Below, in pieces: positions 9,041-17,860 of a DNA stretch of 64,000 bases. The notes beneath the pieces were generated by a model that was not told the DNA's origin, did no database searches, and saw only the letters and a program-made list of their open reading frames with translations. The DNA is taken from IMG/VR virus record IMGVR_UViG_3300025784_000006, positions 96,001 to 160,000 of that record. One strand, 5' to 3'. This DNA comes from a virus. Its lineage: Duplodnaviria; Caudoviricetes. Made by a program: the position numbers and the translations under genes. Numbering within the stretch: the stretch's first letter is position 1; every line of letters begins with the position of its first letter.

Positions 9041-10339
9041 TTAACGAAGTTGCGCTGCACGCATGTCGCGCACCCGGTCGCGCACTCGAGCTGCGAACTG
9101 CGCTGCGGTCCAGCCCGCAACCGGGTCGACTGTCGCGGCCAGGGTCGCGCGGTCTGCATGCGGGTGATAGTGGACCCAGCCGTTGTTGACCCCGCGACTC
9201 GCGGCGGGTGCGCTGCTGGAGGGTGGCGGGCTGCTAGGTTGGGGCGAACTGGGAGAGGAGGTGAGGCGCGCCGCAGGGCGACGATCCTCCGTCTGCGTAC
9301 CCAGAGCGAGGTCGCAGTACAGGGTGGCGCGCGACACCTTGGAGGGCCGCGAGCCAAACCGATCCGCCAGCGTCAAGAGGGTCAGACCAAGAGGAGCCAC
9401 TCGACGCAGAGTGACCTCCTCCCAGGCCCCCTCCTGCACTTCACCGCCCGCGTGGACCTGGAAGGCCGCCACGCAGAAGTCCGCCAGGTACCGGTACGCG
9501 GTCGAGGGTGAGATCTTCTCGATGAGGGCATCCACGCGCCTTCCCATGCCAGACAGGTCATGCAGGTTGAGGAGCAGGCCCGCCAGGTCCTCTCCCACAT
9601 CGGAACCCAGGTAGGAGGCTATCGCCTCCCGTGACACACGACCAGAAGCCGCCGTCGCTTCGATCGCCTTGATGGCGTCCCGGAAGTGACCTCCCGTCGC
9701 GCGCGCGACCAGGTCGAGCGCCGCAGCGTCGAACGGGATCTCCTCGGTCTCACAGATGTAGGCGAGGCGAGAGGCGATCGCTCGGTACCCTGGAGACCGC
9801 ACACGGAACGGAGGAGCACAGCGAGACAAGATGGTGGGGCGGACCTCGTCGGGCTCCGTGGTACAGAACAGCACAACGAGACGCTTCTCCCGCGTCCCAG
9901 GCCGGCAGTCCTCCATCGGCTTGAGGAGGGCGTCCTCGGCCTCAGGAGACAGCCGGTGGCACTCGTCGAACAAGTAGATGCGCCGGCGCCCCGCGTGCTC
10001 GTCGAACCGGAGGTCTTCCAGCAGCATCATCACGTCGGCCTTTCCTGAACGGGTCGCCGCGTCGACCTCAACGAAGTCGGGCGACCCATGATCGGACAGC
10101 ATCGCGATGCAGGACTCACAAGCGTCGCACGGGTCCCCCCCAACCGGGCGGGCACAGAGCAAGGCTCGGGCGAGGATCCTCGCCAGGGTGGTCTTCCCGC
10201 TGCCCCAAGGGCCTCCGAACAGGTAGCTCTGGAGGTGGCCAGAGCCACCAGCCACCAGATGGCGAAGGATCGTCTTGACGACTTCTTGTCCCGCTACGTC
10301 CTCATAGCGGGTCGGTCTGTACTTGTTGTCTAGGCCCAC
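9041..10339 (-). CDS. dnaX: DNA polymerase III gamma/tau clamp-loader ATPase
   Basis: KYRPTRYEDVAGQE, GPWGSGKTTLARI, Zn motif PCDACESC, EVDAA, LFDECH, LLKPME, TILSRC, GHFRDA. Confidence 0.95.
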   Translation of the reverse strand: MGLDNKYRPTRYEDVAGQEVVKTILRHLVAGGSGHLQSYLFGGPWGSGKTTLARILARALLCARPVGGDPCDACESCIAMLSDHGSPDFVEVDAATRSGKADVMMLLEDLRFDEHAGRRRIYLFDECHRLSPEAEDALLKPMEDCRPGTREKRLVVLFCTTEPDEVRPTILSRCAPPFRVRSPGYRAIASRLAYICETEEIPFDAAALDLVARATGGHFRDAIKAIEATAASGRVSREAIASYLGSDVGEDLAGLLLNLHDLSGMGRRVDALIEKISPSTAYRYLADFCVAAFQVHAGGEVQEGAWEEVTLRRVAPLGLTLLTLADRFGSRPSKVSRATLYCDLALGTQTEDRRPAARLTSSPSSPQPSSPPPSSSAPAASRGVNNGWVHYHPHADRATLAATVDPVAGWTAAQFAARVRDRVRDMRAAQLR

Positions 10340-10354
10340 GAGGGCCTCTACCCG

Positions 10355-10879
10355 CTAGGGCTCGTCGTCCTCTTCGTCTTCGTCTTGTCCGTGGTCATCC
10401 CCGAAGACACGCTCGATCATGCTGGCCAGCGTGGAGACGTCTGGCTTCTCCGGCGAGTAGATCCAGAACCCGTGACGCGCGACCTCATCGCGGTAGTACG
10501 ACACGTCAGGCTTGAGGACCTTGTAGGAGTTCCCGCCGTCTGGGTTCTCCTTGGACTCCATGGCGCAGAGGCAGCGGTCGATGAGCGCGATCTGCTGGAG
10601 GTTGGTGAGCTTCTCCCAGCGGTTATAGCCAATCTCGACCGTGAAGATGCACGGCGAGGCGGCCAGGACGGAGAGCTTGGGGCTCGCCTTCGCGACGACC
10701 GCGATGCGATCCTCCGGGGCGGTGTCCTTGAACAGGACCACGATCTGGTCGACGATGTGCATCAGGTCGTGGTGGTACTGCTTGACGAGGTCTCGCAGCA
10801 GGTCGTGGACGTCCGGTCCAGCCTTGTAGAGCTTGTTGCTTACTTTCTCGATGTTCTGATCAGGGACCTTCTTGGGCAT
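10355..10879 (-). CDS. Phage metallopeptidase-like protein with degenerate HExxH
   Basis: WEKLTNLQQIALIDRCLCA...KPDV...EVARHGFW resembles the putative phage metallopeptidase family (ALIDHELxH...HD...RHG); AAGGAG SD. Confidence 0.65.
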   Translation of the reverse strand: MPKKVPDQNIEKVSNKLYKAGPDVHDLLRDLVKQYHHDLMHIVDQIVVLFKDTAPEDRIAVVAKASPKLSVLAASPCIFTVEIGYNRWEKLTNLQQIALIDRCLCAMESKENPDGGNSYKVLKPDVSYYRDEVARHGFWIYSPEKPDVSTLASMIERVFGDDHGQDEDEEDDEP

Positions 10880-10899
10880 CGGAACTCCTTTCCCTCGTT

Positions 10900-11640
10900 T
10901 TACCCGAGGATGTGCATCCCGAACGCACGCTGAAGGGCTGTTCGACCCCCTGAGTCCCACAGGGCCCCCGGGTCCTTGGCGGAGTACCTCACGTCAACCA
11001 CCCGAACCCCACGCGACCGCAGGCGATCTACGGCCCCTCTGTGGTACTTGCCTGTCTTGGGGTCGATACCACCTACGGCCCCTCTACGCCCCGCTTCGTC
11101 CTCGTCGAACACCACGAACACGGCCGCGGTCGGAGACAGCAGGCGCTGGACAAGCAGGTCCTGCTGCTGGGACAGGGCGGCCCGGCCGCAGCCGAGAACG
11201 ACCCCGCGGTCGCCCACGACCCAGTCGAGGGCGAACATGTCGAACAGGCCCTCGACGAGCCACAGGTCTGCCCCCGACCACAGGAGGTCGGCCGCGCGGC
11301 TTGTGAGTCCGACGAACGTCGGGCACCAGGCCGCCTCGGGAAGCAAGTGGCGCAACACGGTCTTCTTGTCGACCCATGTCGTGCGAAAGTCTGCACCTAC
11401 CACGACCCCTCGTGCCGATCGGAGCGGGACGGTCAACATCCCGTTGACGCGGGACCCACACCCTTCTCGGCCGAGACGAGCCCATTCGGTGTCCTGCGGG
11501 CGCGCCTCGCACACCTGCGAACGCCACGTCGTGATCCCAAGCTCGTGGACGCGGTCCTCTCGCGCACCCCGCGCGAGCAAGTAGCCGAGGTCGTCAGGAT
11601 CAAGGTCACAGCGTGCTATCGCTTCAGAGAGCCAGGACAT
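10900..11640 (-). CDS. DnaG-type primase, TOPRIM core without Zn-binding domain
   Basis: LTVPLRSARGVVVG, LVEGLFD, VFDEDEAG, KDPG. Confidence 0.8.
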   Translation of the reverse strand: MSWLSEAIARCDLDPDDLGYLLARGAREDRVHELGITTWRSQVCEARPQDTEWARLGREGCGSRVNGMLTVPLRSARGVVVGADFRTTWVDKKTVLRHLLPEAAWCPTFVGLTSRAADLLWSGADLWLVEGLFDMFALDWVVGDRGVVLGCGRAALSQQQDLLVQRLLSPTAAVFVVFDEDEAGRRGAVGGIDPKTGKYHRGAVDRLRSRGVRVVDVRYSAKDPGALWDSGGRTALQRAFGMHILG

Positions 11641-12081
11641 CTAGGTGGAGGCGACGACGAACCGATCTGGGTCGTAGACGACCAGAGCAACGCGGTCGCA
11701 CAGCTGCCAGATCGAACCCACGTCGCAGGTATTGGGGGTGATGACGACGAGGCCCGCAGGGATTATCGCGTCGACCATCACCGATACGGGACTCCGCACC
11801 GCGGTACGCGCGAAGACGCGCACGAAGGACTCGGCGATACTCCCCTCGGGCGCTGCCTGCGTGAGCTTCTGCATCCCCTCTTTAAGAGAGAGGCGGCCGT
11901 GCAGGTCATGTGCAGCCCACAGGAGGTCCCGAACCACCTCTTTCACGAGTCGCGAGGAGAAGGCAGCGGTCACGACGGTCCCATGTGCGGTGTTGTCGAA
12001 GCGTCGTATGACGCCGTTTGAGTCCGTCACGAACCGAGGACCCACGGGTCGCTTGAGGTCCAGCCGGGCACAGAGAGGCAT
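11641..12081 (-). CDS. Hypothetical protein (start uncertain)
   Basis: ORF abuts the primase start; ATG at 12081 chosen to avoid overlap. Confidence 0.55.
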   Translation of the reverse strand: MPLCARLDLKRPVGPRFVTDSNGVIRRFDNTAHGTVVTAAFSSRLVKEVVRDLLWAAHDLHGRLSLKEGMQKLTQAAPEGSIAESFVRVFARTAVRSPVSVMVDAIIPAGLVVITPNTCDVGSIWQLCDRVALVVYDPDRFVVAST

Positions 12082-12145
12082 GCGAGGCCCCTCTACCCCC
12101 TCACCATCCTCAACGAAGAGACCAGCCACCCAGGGAGAGGCGACC

Positions 12146-12730
12146 TTACCTCCAGGGGGGCTGGAATCGTTGAAGCGCCAGGACGAACCCTCGCCAGTAG
12201 TACCGCCACCTAGCCTCCACGACGGGTTCGGGCGGTTTGACGAGTTCGGTTGGCTTGACGTGCTCGTCAAACCGCTCTTGGCTGGGGGGTACGTCCTGGA
12301 CGTCATCGGCCTCCTCCGTAACCTCTACAGGATCCTTCAGGACCCAGGCGAGCGCGGCGAGGTCCGGGTACTTCGCCGCCAGATCCCCTAGCGACTGGCT
12401 GGCGAGCTGACGAAACTCTTCCTTGACGTCCTCTGGTGTCTTGACGGGACGATAGTGTGGGCAGGTGCGCGCGCAGACACCACTCAGACCCTCCGCGTAG
12501 TGCGAGTCGCAGATGACCCCCGCGATACCAGCCTCGACGTTCTTACAGACGCGAAGTTGAACCAGAGGCCCCCTCGCCCCTCCAGACGCAACCCAACCTG
12601 GATGGGTCGGGGCGATCCCGTTGTGCGCGCAGTTCTCTGGTGTTGGCTTGAGGACAGCCTCAATCGCCCGCTTACGGTGCCGGTACAGCACCTGCTTGAA
12701 CTTCTGGTGAATCTCCCCGGGTCGACGCAT
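12146..12730 (-). CDS. Hypothetical Cys-rich protein
   Basis: MRRPGEIHQKF...; CAHN, CKN, CDS, CARTCPHY; GGGTA motif 10 nt upstream. Confidence 0.7.
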   Translation of the reverse strand: MRRPGEIHQKFKQVLYRHRKRAIEAVLKPTPENCAHNGIAPTHPGWVASGGARGPLVQLRVCKNVEAGIAGVICDSHYAEGLSGVCARTCPHYRPVKTPEDVKEEFRQLASQSLGDLAAKYPDLAALAWVLKDPVEVTEEADDVQDVPPSQERFDEHVKPTELVKPPEPVVEARWRYYWRGFVLALQRFQPPWR

Positions 12731-12734
12731 GAGA

Positions 12735-13400
12735 CTAGCGTACCCCTCGATCGAGGACGAGCCGTGAGGAACGTGCTCCTCGCAGCACGCGATACCTCCG
12801 GGGACTCGCCTCCCACAACGCGTGGGAGTGAGTGATGACGAGCACGTCGAAGTTGAGCCGACGGCACAAGTCCGCGAATACGCTCGCGAACGCGCGAGCG
12901 TACGCCTCGTCAAGCGGAGCCAGAGTCTCGTCCAGAACCATGAAGCGACGAAGACCACGCCTCAGGATGCAGGCTACTCGCAGGAAGACGGCCTGGATGG
13001 TCGTGATGGACCCTCCAAACAGGTCCGACGCCTGCCCCTCGACTCGACCCCCCTCACACGGAACGGAGGTCACCACGTCGACCGCGATGCGGCCTCGCTC
13101 CTGCCCCACGCGCGCCTCTACTCCGATCTGCTGGTCTGCGAACACCACGCGCATCGCCTCGCGCAGCAGGTTCTCCACGAGAGAGAACCCGTTGCGCACC
13201 TCCGCGTCCGTGAGACCCGCGACGACCGAGATCGCTTCGGTGAGGATCTCGTCCTCAAGCGACAGGTCCTGCTCGTCGATGATCGAGGTAGCTATCGTCA
13301 TGCGTGCCTGGGTACACGATGCCTGGAGACGCAGGGCGCGGTCGCGTACCTGCTCGGACCTGTCCCGTAGGCGTGCGACCTCGGCCCGCAGCGAGCTCAA
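12735..13400 (-). CDS. Rad50/SbcC-like ABC-ATPase, C-terminal half
   Basis: TTG overlapping the dnaN stop; short coiled coil, signature-like DLFGG, Walker B FMVLDE, D-loop-like APLD, H-switch VITHS; no Walker A. Confidence 0.8.
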   Translation of the reverse strand: MSSLRAEVARLRDRSEQVRDRALRLQASCTQARMTIATSIIDEQDLSLEDEILTEAISVVAGLTDAEVRNGFSLVENLLREAMRVVFADQQIGVEARVGQERGRIAVDVVTSVPCEGGRVEGQASDLFGGSITTIQAVFLRVACILRRGLRRFMVLDETLAPLDEAYARAFASVFADLCRRLNFDVLVITHSHALWEASPRRYRVLRGARSSRLVLDRGVR

Positions 13401-14572
13401 CCGACGATCCCGCCGTTGAGGAGGTAGACGTAGCGGAGAGACTTCGCCGGGTCCTGCGGCTCCGACACGCGGGCCATGAGGACCTTGCGGCTGGACGTGG
13501 ACGACTTGCTCCCGATGAGGTCGAACGTGATCTTGGTGTCGCTCCACACCGACAGGACCGCGTCGAGCGCTTCCTTGGAGAAGCGCCCCGTCTCGTCAGA
13601 TCCCGTCGCCTCGACCGACACCGGGATCGAGTGAGGTTTGCTGGTGGCTCGGAGCTGCGTGGCCAGGTGTACGGTCTTGTGCCCCACGTCGAGCTGAAAC
13701 CCAACGAACTTCTCCGTCGGAGCAGCGGCCGTAAAGAGGAAGTCGACCGCCCGTCGCACCTGGTCGCGCGACGCGGTGAAGGAGTTCGTCGAGGTCTCAT
13801 CGACCGCCAGCGCAGGGAGCGAGGTGACGTTCTGGAACCCCTGCTGCACCAGGACTCCAAAGATCCCCCCGTCCTGACGACGGAACGTCGTCATGTTGGC
13901 GTGCTTGAGGACGGTGAAGGTGTCGCCTCCGGAACGCAGGAAGTCGCTGAGCGGTCGGATGGCCGCGGACGGAACGATGAACCGCCCCGAGAAGGGCCCG
14001 ATCGCGATCCCGTAGGCGAGCTTCGAGTTGGCCACGACCCGTCCATCCCAGCAGTAGACAGCGCACCTGTGCGGCTCGTGCGACTCGTCCTTGCTGGCAA
14101 AGAGGGACACCCGCGTGATGGCGTCCACGAAGGGAGCCGTCTCCAGGGTGGCCTCCTCCTTCGAGGCCGCGACCCGCTCGTCCCAGAAGGGCCACTGGTC
14201 CGCCTTGCAGGCCGAGAGGTGGTTGGTCCACAGCCCCGCCGTGATGGAGCTATGCTTCCCGTCGTAGCTGATCGACGTCACCGCGTCCCCGTCGGGGACC
14301 GCCTGTAGGCACTGGAGCAGCGCATGTGCGTCAGCGGTGAAGTACCCGTCCTTCAGGCCCTCCGGCACGGTAACCCCCTGGATAGGGACCTGCGACACGG
14401 AGACCCGATTGAAGGACAGCACGCTCACAGGGGAGTGGGTGTCGTCGCGCTTGACTCGAAACAGCACGAACCCTGAGAGGTCATCCGTACCAGACTTGGG
14501 ACCGACGCTCTTGGACGCCGACACGAGCGCGCTGTGAAGGTTATTCCTGGAACACTCGAACTGCATAGGCAC
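13397..14572 (-). CDS. dnaN: DNA polymerase III beta sliding clamp
   Basis: 391 aa, clamp-like pattern (FECSRNNLHSAL, DAITRVSLFASKDESH, FIVPSAAI, FSKEALDAVL); replication context. Confidence 0.75.
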   Translation of the reverse strand: MPMQFECSRNNLHSALVSASKSVGPKSGTDDLSGFVLFRVKRDDTHSPVSVLSFNRVSVSQVPIQGVTVPEGLKDGYFTADAHALLQCLQAVPDGDAVTSISYDGKHSSITAGLWTNHLSACKADQWPFWDERVAASKEEATLETAPFVDAITRVSLFASKDESHEPHRCAVYCWDGRVVANSKLAYGIAIGPFSGRFIVPSAAIRPLSDFLRSGGDTFTVLKHANMTTFRRQDGGIFGVLVQQGFQNVTSLPALAVDETSTNSFTASRDQVRRAVDFLFTAAAPTEKFVGFQLDVGHKTVHLATQLRATSKPHSIPVSVEATGSDETGRFSKEALDAVLSVWSDTKITFDLIGSKSSTSSRKVLMARVSEPQDPAKSLRYVYLLNGGIVG

Positions 14573-14583
14573 CTCGGGGAGGT

Positions 14584-14847
14584 CTAGTGGTTTACGGACT
14601 GGAGGGTCGTCGATACGTGGTCGATTTGGGCTGAGATTCGAGACACCTCGGACGCGATCTGCGCCTCTATCGCCTGGATCTCCTCGTCGATGCGGTCAGG
14701 ATCTACTCCGAGGTCCACGGCGCGCTGCCGCGCCGCCTCCCACTCCTGCTCGCTCGCCTGCGCGGCACCCTCCGCACGGGACAAGCGCGCCTTCGTCTCG
14801 TCTAGTCGACGCAGGACACCTTGTGCTCGTGTATCGATCTCAGCCAT
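14584..14847 (-). CDS. Small coiled-coil protein
   Basis: 87 aa with heptads flanking LGVDPD turn; AGGAGG SD. Confidence 0.75.
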   Translation of the reverse strand: MAEIDTRAQGVLRRLDETKARLSRAEGAAQASEQEWEAARQRAVDLGVDPDRIDEEIQAIEAQIASEVSRISAQIDHVSTTLQSVNH

Positions 14848-14855
14848 CGCCCCTC

Positions 14856-16010
14856 CTACCCGCTCGCGCGGTTGACCAAACTCGCCAGGCCGGCGAGGCC
14901 GTCCAGATCAGATTCCTGGGCGAGGTTCTCCTCCGCCACGAAGGGTGCGGTCACGACGGGCTTCCGCTTGGCTCGTAGTTCCGCGAGCTGCACCTGCCGA
15001 GGCTCACAGATTGACTCGTAGTCACAGATCCGACACTGCCCCCCCACCCTGGCCGGAAAGTCGTCGGCCACCACCGCGGCCTGCGTATCTGGGGGCATGG
15101 GGAGCGGAGACTTCCGCTCGATCCGTAGCATCTCGTCCGCGAACCGGATAGCCCGCGCGGCGATCTGTTCGACCCGCTCCTGGTCGCAGTCGTACCACAC
15201 GATCCCCTTGGATGGACCCCGGGCCTCATAGGCCGCGAGCGCGCGCTTGCGACTATCTGTCGCGTCAGGAGCTCGAACTACGTCACGCAGGAACCCCACC
15301 TCTGCCTCCCAGTCGTAACCCGCAGGGTAGCGGTAAGGGACGACCCCGAGGCGCTTGGGCACCTGCCCATAGACTAGGGAGACTGCGAGTGCGTAGAACA
15401 CGAGCTGGTCAACGTCGACGTGCATACGGAACGCGCGCGCGTCATCGTCCCAATACTCCCGCCCGTTCTTCCCGTCCAGCACGAACGGACCCGTCTCGGT
15501 GCTCTGAACAAGGTATAGGTCCAGCCGGCCGCTCACCACGACCTCGGGGTCCACGCGGAGCCGGCCAGCCAGCTTGTGCTCCGGCAGCGCGACGTCCCCG
15601 TAGAGCTTGTTCGCATGACAGGTCGCCACGAACCCCTGCGCGGACCGGATGACGTCAGCGCGCAGGGCCGCTAGGTCGGCTCGCGGGGCGAGCCGGAAGT
15701 TCGGCTTCCGCCCCTGCTTAGGAGGTTCGGACGCCTTCCGAACTTCCTTGTCAAACTCATCGTTGGCGACCATCCGCAGGATCTGACGAGCGTCGTCCTC
15801 GTCCCGCTCCCACCCTCGCATGTTGTAGAAGACCTCAACGGCCTTCTGCACCACCGTACCAACAAGCGCGTGCTCGTCGGTCTTTCCCTCAGGAAAGGGC
15901 TTCTGCCTACCCTCTCCACCTCCAACGTCGATACCAGGGAATCCACGCCGCCACAGGTACTGTCGCGGACACTCCTCCCAGGACGACATGCTGGGCCAGT
16001 AGACGATCAT
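14856..16010 (-). CDS. PD-(D/E)xK nuclease, Cas4/AddB-like with Fe-S Cys
   Basis: WEECPRQY, GTVVQ, GRLD...VLDGK, QLVFYA, CRICDYESIC; ATGA coupled to mre11. Confidence 0.85.
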   Translation of the reverse strand: MIVYWPSMSSWEECPRQYLWRRGFPGIDVGGGEGRQKPFPEGKTDEHALVGTVVQKAVEVFYNMRGWERDEDDARQILRMVANDEFDKEVRKASEPPKQGRKPNFRLAPRADLAALRADVIRSAQGFVATCHANKLYGDVALPEHKLAGRLRVDPEVVVSGRLDLYLVQSTETGPFVLDGKNGREYWDDDARAFRMHVDVDQLVFYALAVSLVYGQVPKRLGVVPYRYPAGYDWEAEVGFLRDVVRAPDATDSRKRALAAYEARGPSKGIVWYDCDQERVEQIAARAIRFADEMLRIERKSPLPMPPDTQAAVVADDFPARVGGQCRICDYESICEPRQVQLAELRAKRKPVVTAPFVAEENLAQESDLDGLAGLASLVNRASG

Positions 16011-16996
16011 GATTGCATCCTCGCGCTCTCGGAGCGCCTGAATACGTCGAGTACCCGCTCGCGCGCCTCTGGCGACACGTTGGGGAGCGCACGCACCAGG
16101 GCGTCCAGCGTCTGGTCCCTCCCCTCCTCTGCCACCGCGGTCGCCACCTGCGCGAGACACGCGACGTCGACCGTGGGTCGATCAGCGACCTCCTCCCGGT
16201 CCTTGAACACCTCCGCAGGAGACCGGACGTCGATCGCGATGGTGCGCACAGTAGCGGGCTGTCCGCGCAGCAGGTGCAGGTCTGCAACCTGCGGAATGCG
16301 CTGCACGTCGTCCTCCGCGAGGGTCCCCCGCGTAAGGGACCCGATGTTGACGACCCACTGGCCCGGCGCGAACTCACGCACCCCCTGATCCTTGTGCCAG
16401 TGCCCCACACACACGACGCTTGCCGACGGGAATAGGGAAGGGAAAAGCCCGTAAGGCAGGACGTCCTCCCCAGGGAAGAAGGCCAGGCTCGGGTCCGCCG
16501 ACGCGAGCTGGTGGAGCATCACCACCAGGTGATCTTCCGGTCCCGGGGGGACGTAGAGGGAGGCGGGGTCGAAGCGAGCTCCCTGATACGGACGACCCAC
16601 CACCCGAACCGTGGTGCCATCAGGGTTGGTGAGCACGGCCTCATGCGGCCCGTAGCAGGGACGAAAGATCCCGCTCTCGAAGCAGACGGCGAGCGGACTC
16701 TCATCCAGGTGAGCAAGTGAGCCGTACCGGACGTCATGGTTCCCGATGTTCGCGTAGACCGGACAGGGATAGCTGCGGTGGACCTTGGCGGTCCTCCGCA
16801 CGAGGTCGTGCGAGTTGTTGTCGGGGTTCTTCTCGTCGAAGAAGTCACCGCCGTCGAGGACGGCGGTAGCCTTGATGTCGCGGGCGATCTCGCCCACCTG
16901 GCAGAGCTTGTCGGTGACCGTCTCCGTCCAGTCGTCCGAGCGTCCCCGAGGTGCTCGGTCGCGCATGTGGACGTCTGTTCTCCAGAGAAGGTGCAT
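16007..16996 (-). CDS. Mre11/SbcD-like metallophosphoesterase nuclease
   Basis: TDVH, GGDFFD, GNHD, MLH, GHWH, NIGSL. Confidence 0.9.
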   Translation of the reverse strand: MHLLWRTDVHMRDRAPRGRSDDWTETVTDKLCQVGEIARDIKATAVLDGGDFFDEKNPDNNSHDLVRRTAKVHRSYPCPVYANIGNHDVRYGSLAHLDESPLAVCFESGIFRPCYGPHEAVLTNPDGTTVRVVGRPYQGARFDPASLYVPPGPEDHLVVMLHQLASADPSLAFFPGEDVLPYGLFPSLFPSASVVCVGHWHKDQGVREFAPGQWVVNIGSLTRGTLAEDDVQRIPQVADLHLLRGQPATVRTIAIDVRSPAEVFKDREEVADRPTVDVACLAQVATAVAEEGRDQTLDALVRALPNVSPEARERVLDVFRRSESARMQS

Positions 16997-17060
16997 CGAG
17001 GAGATTATACCCCTCGGTCTGACACCCCCTCGAAGGAAGACGACCCAGAGCGAATCTACT

Positions 17061-17393
17061 TCATGGCCTCAACCTCTCGCAGGCACGCAGCACTCCAGCA
17101 CGGCACGCCATCTGGTAGTAGCTCGTGATGCGGGAGGTCTCGCGCGCACGTGCGACCCCTCGCTCAAGCAGGTGCGCAGCGTGGTAGCAGGCCATCGCTT
17201 CCTGGTCCCTCGTGCAGGCAGGCGTCACCTTGACGGTGAGAATCACGCAGCTTACCGTGCCACCAGCATCGCAGGCATTATGTAGACGATTCCACTCACG
17301 CTCGCGCTGGACCCGTTGTAGGACTGGGCTCACGAGCGCAATCAGGACGATGAGGGTCCCCAGGACCCCCAGCAGCTTGGCGGTCGACCTCAT
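17061..17393 (-). CDS. Membrane-anchored Sel1-like repeat protein
   Basis: N-terminal TM; ACDAG...SC, ACYHAA...YYQMACRAG...AC. Confidence 0.65.
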   Translation of the reverse strand: MRSTAKLLGVLGTLIVLIALVSPVLQRVQREREWNRLHNACDAGGTVSCVILTVKVTPACTRDQEAMACYHAAHLLERGVARARETSRITSYYQMACRAGVLRACERLRP

Positions 17394-17860
17394 GCGACCC
17401 TCCTTGGAGGGCGAAGTAGGGCAGGGGGGCCGGAGTTCCCCGGAGCGAGGACCCAGTAGTAGACGGTCTCGATCCCGGCCAGGCCAATCGCAGTGTAGAC
17501 GTTAGGGAGGAGGTCGAGGTGACCTCGGTACCGCTCCCCTGGAGGAAGGCGCTTGGTGCGCATGTGCCAAACCCCCTTGCGGTTCAACGTCCCCCACGGC
17601 CCTCTGTCGACCACGTAGGCGACCGTACATCGACCCGTTCTGGCCAGGCAGACCCCAACGCGGGTTCCACAGGGAAGGGTACGGTGTGCGACGCCACTGT
17701 CGCGCATCTTCTCCCACTCGCGGGAACCATACTTCGTCTGAAGTCGATCCTTGCAGGCGAAGGTGCCCACGTTGTCGTAGCGGTCCCCAACGAATCCGTA
17801 CTGGGAAGCGTTACCGACCTGTGCCCCCATCAACAGCATAATGGCAAGTAGTAGGGTCAT
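17390..17860 (-). CDS. RlpA-like double-psi beta-barrel protein (putative lytic transglycosylase)
   Basis: Signal peptide; ASQYG, VAHRTLPCGTRV, VVDRGPW, LDL. Confidence 0.8.
   Translation of the reverse strand: MTLLLAIMLLMGAQVGNASQYGFVGDRYDNVGTFACKDRLQTKYGSREWEKMRDSGVAHRTLPCGTRVGVCLARTGRCTVAYVVDRGPWGTLNRKGVWHMRTKRLPPGERYRGHLDLLPNVYTAIGLAGIETVYYWVLAPGNSGPPALLRPPRRVA

Noticed and set aside
14856-16010. Cas4-like gene as a sign of CRISPR-Cas
   Set aside because: No cas1/cas2 or array; it sits in a recombination operon
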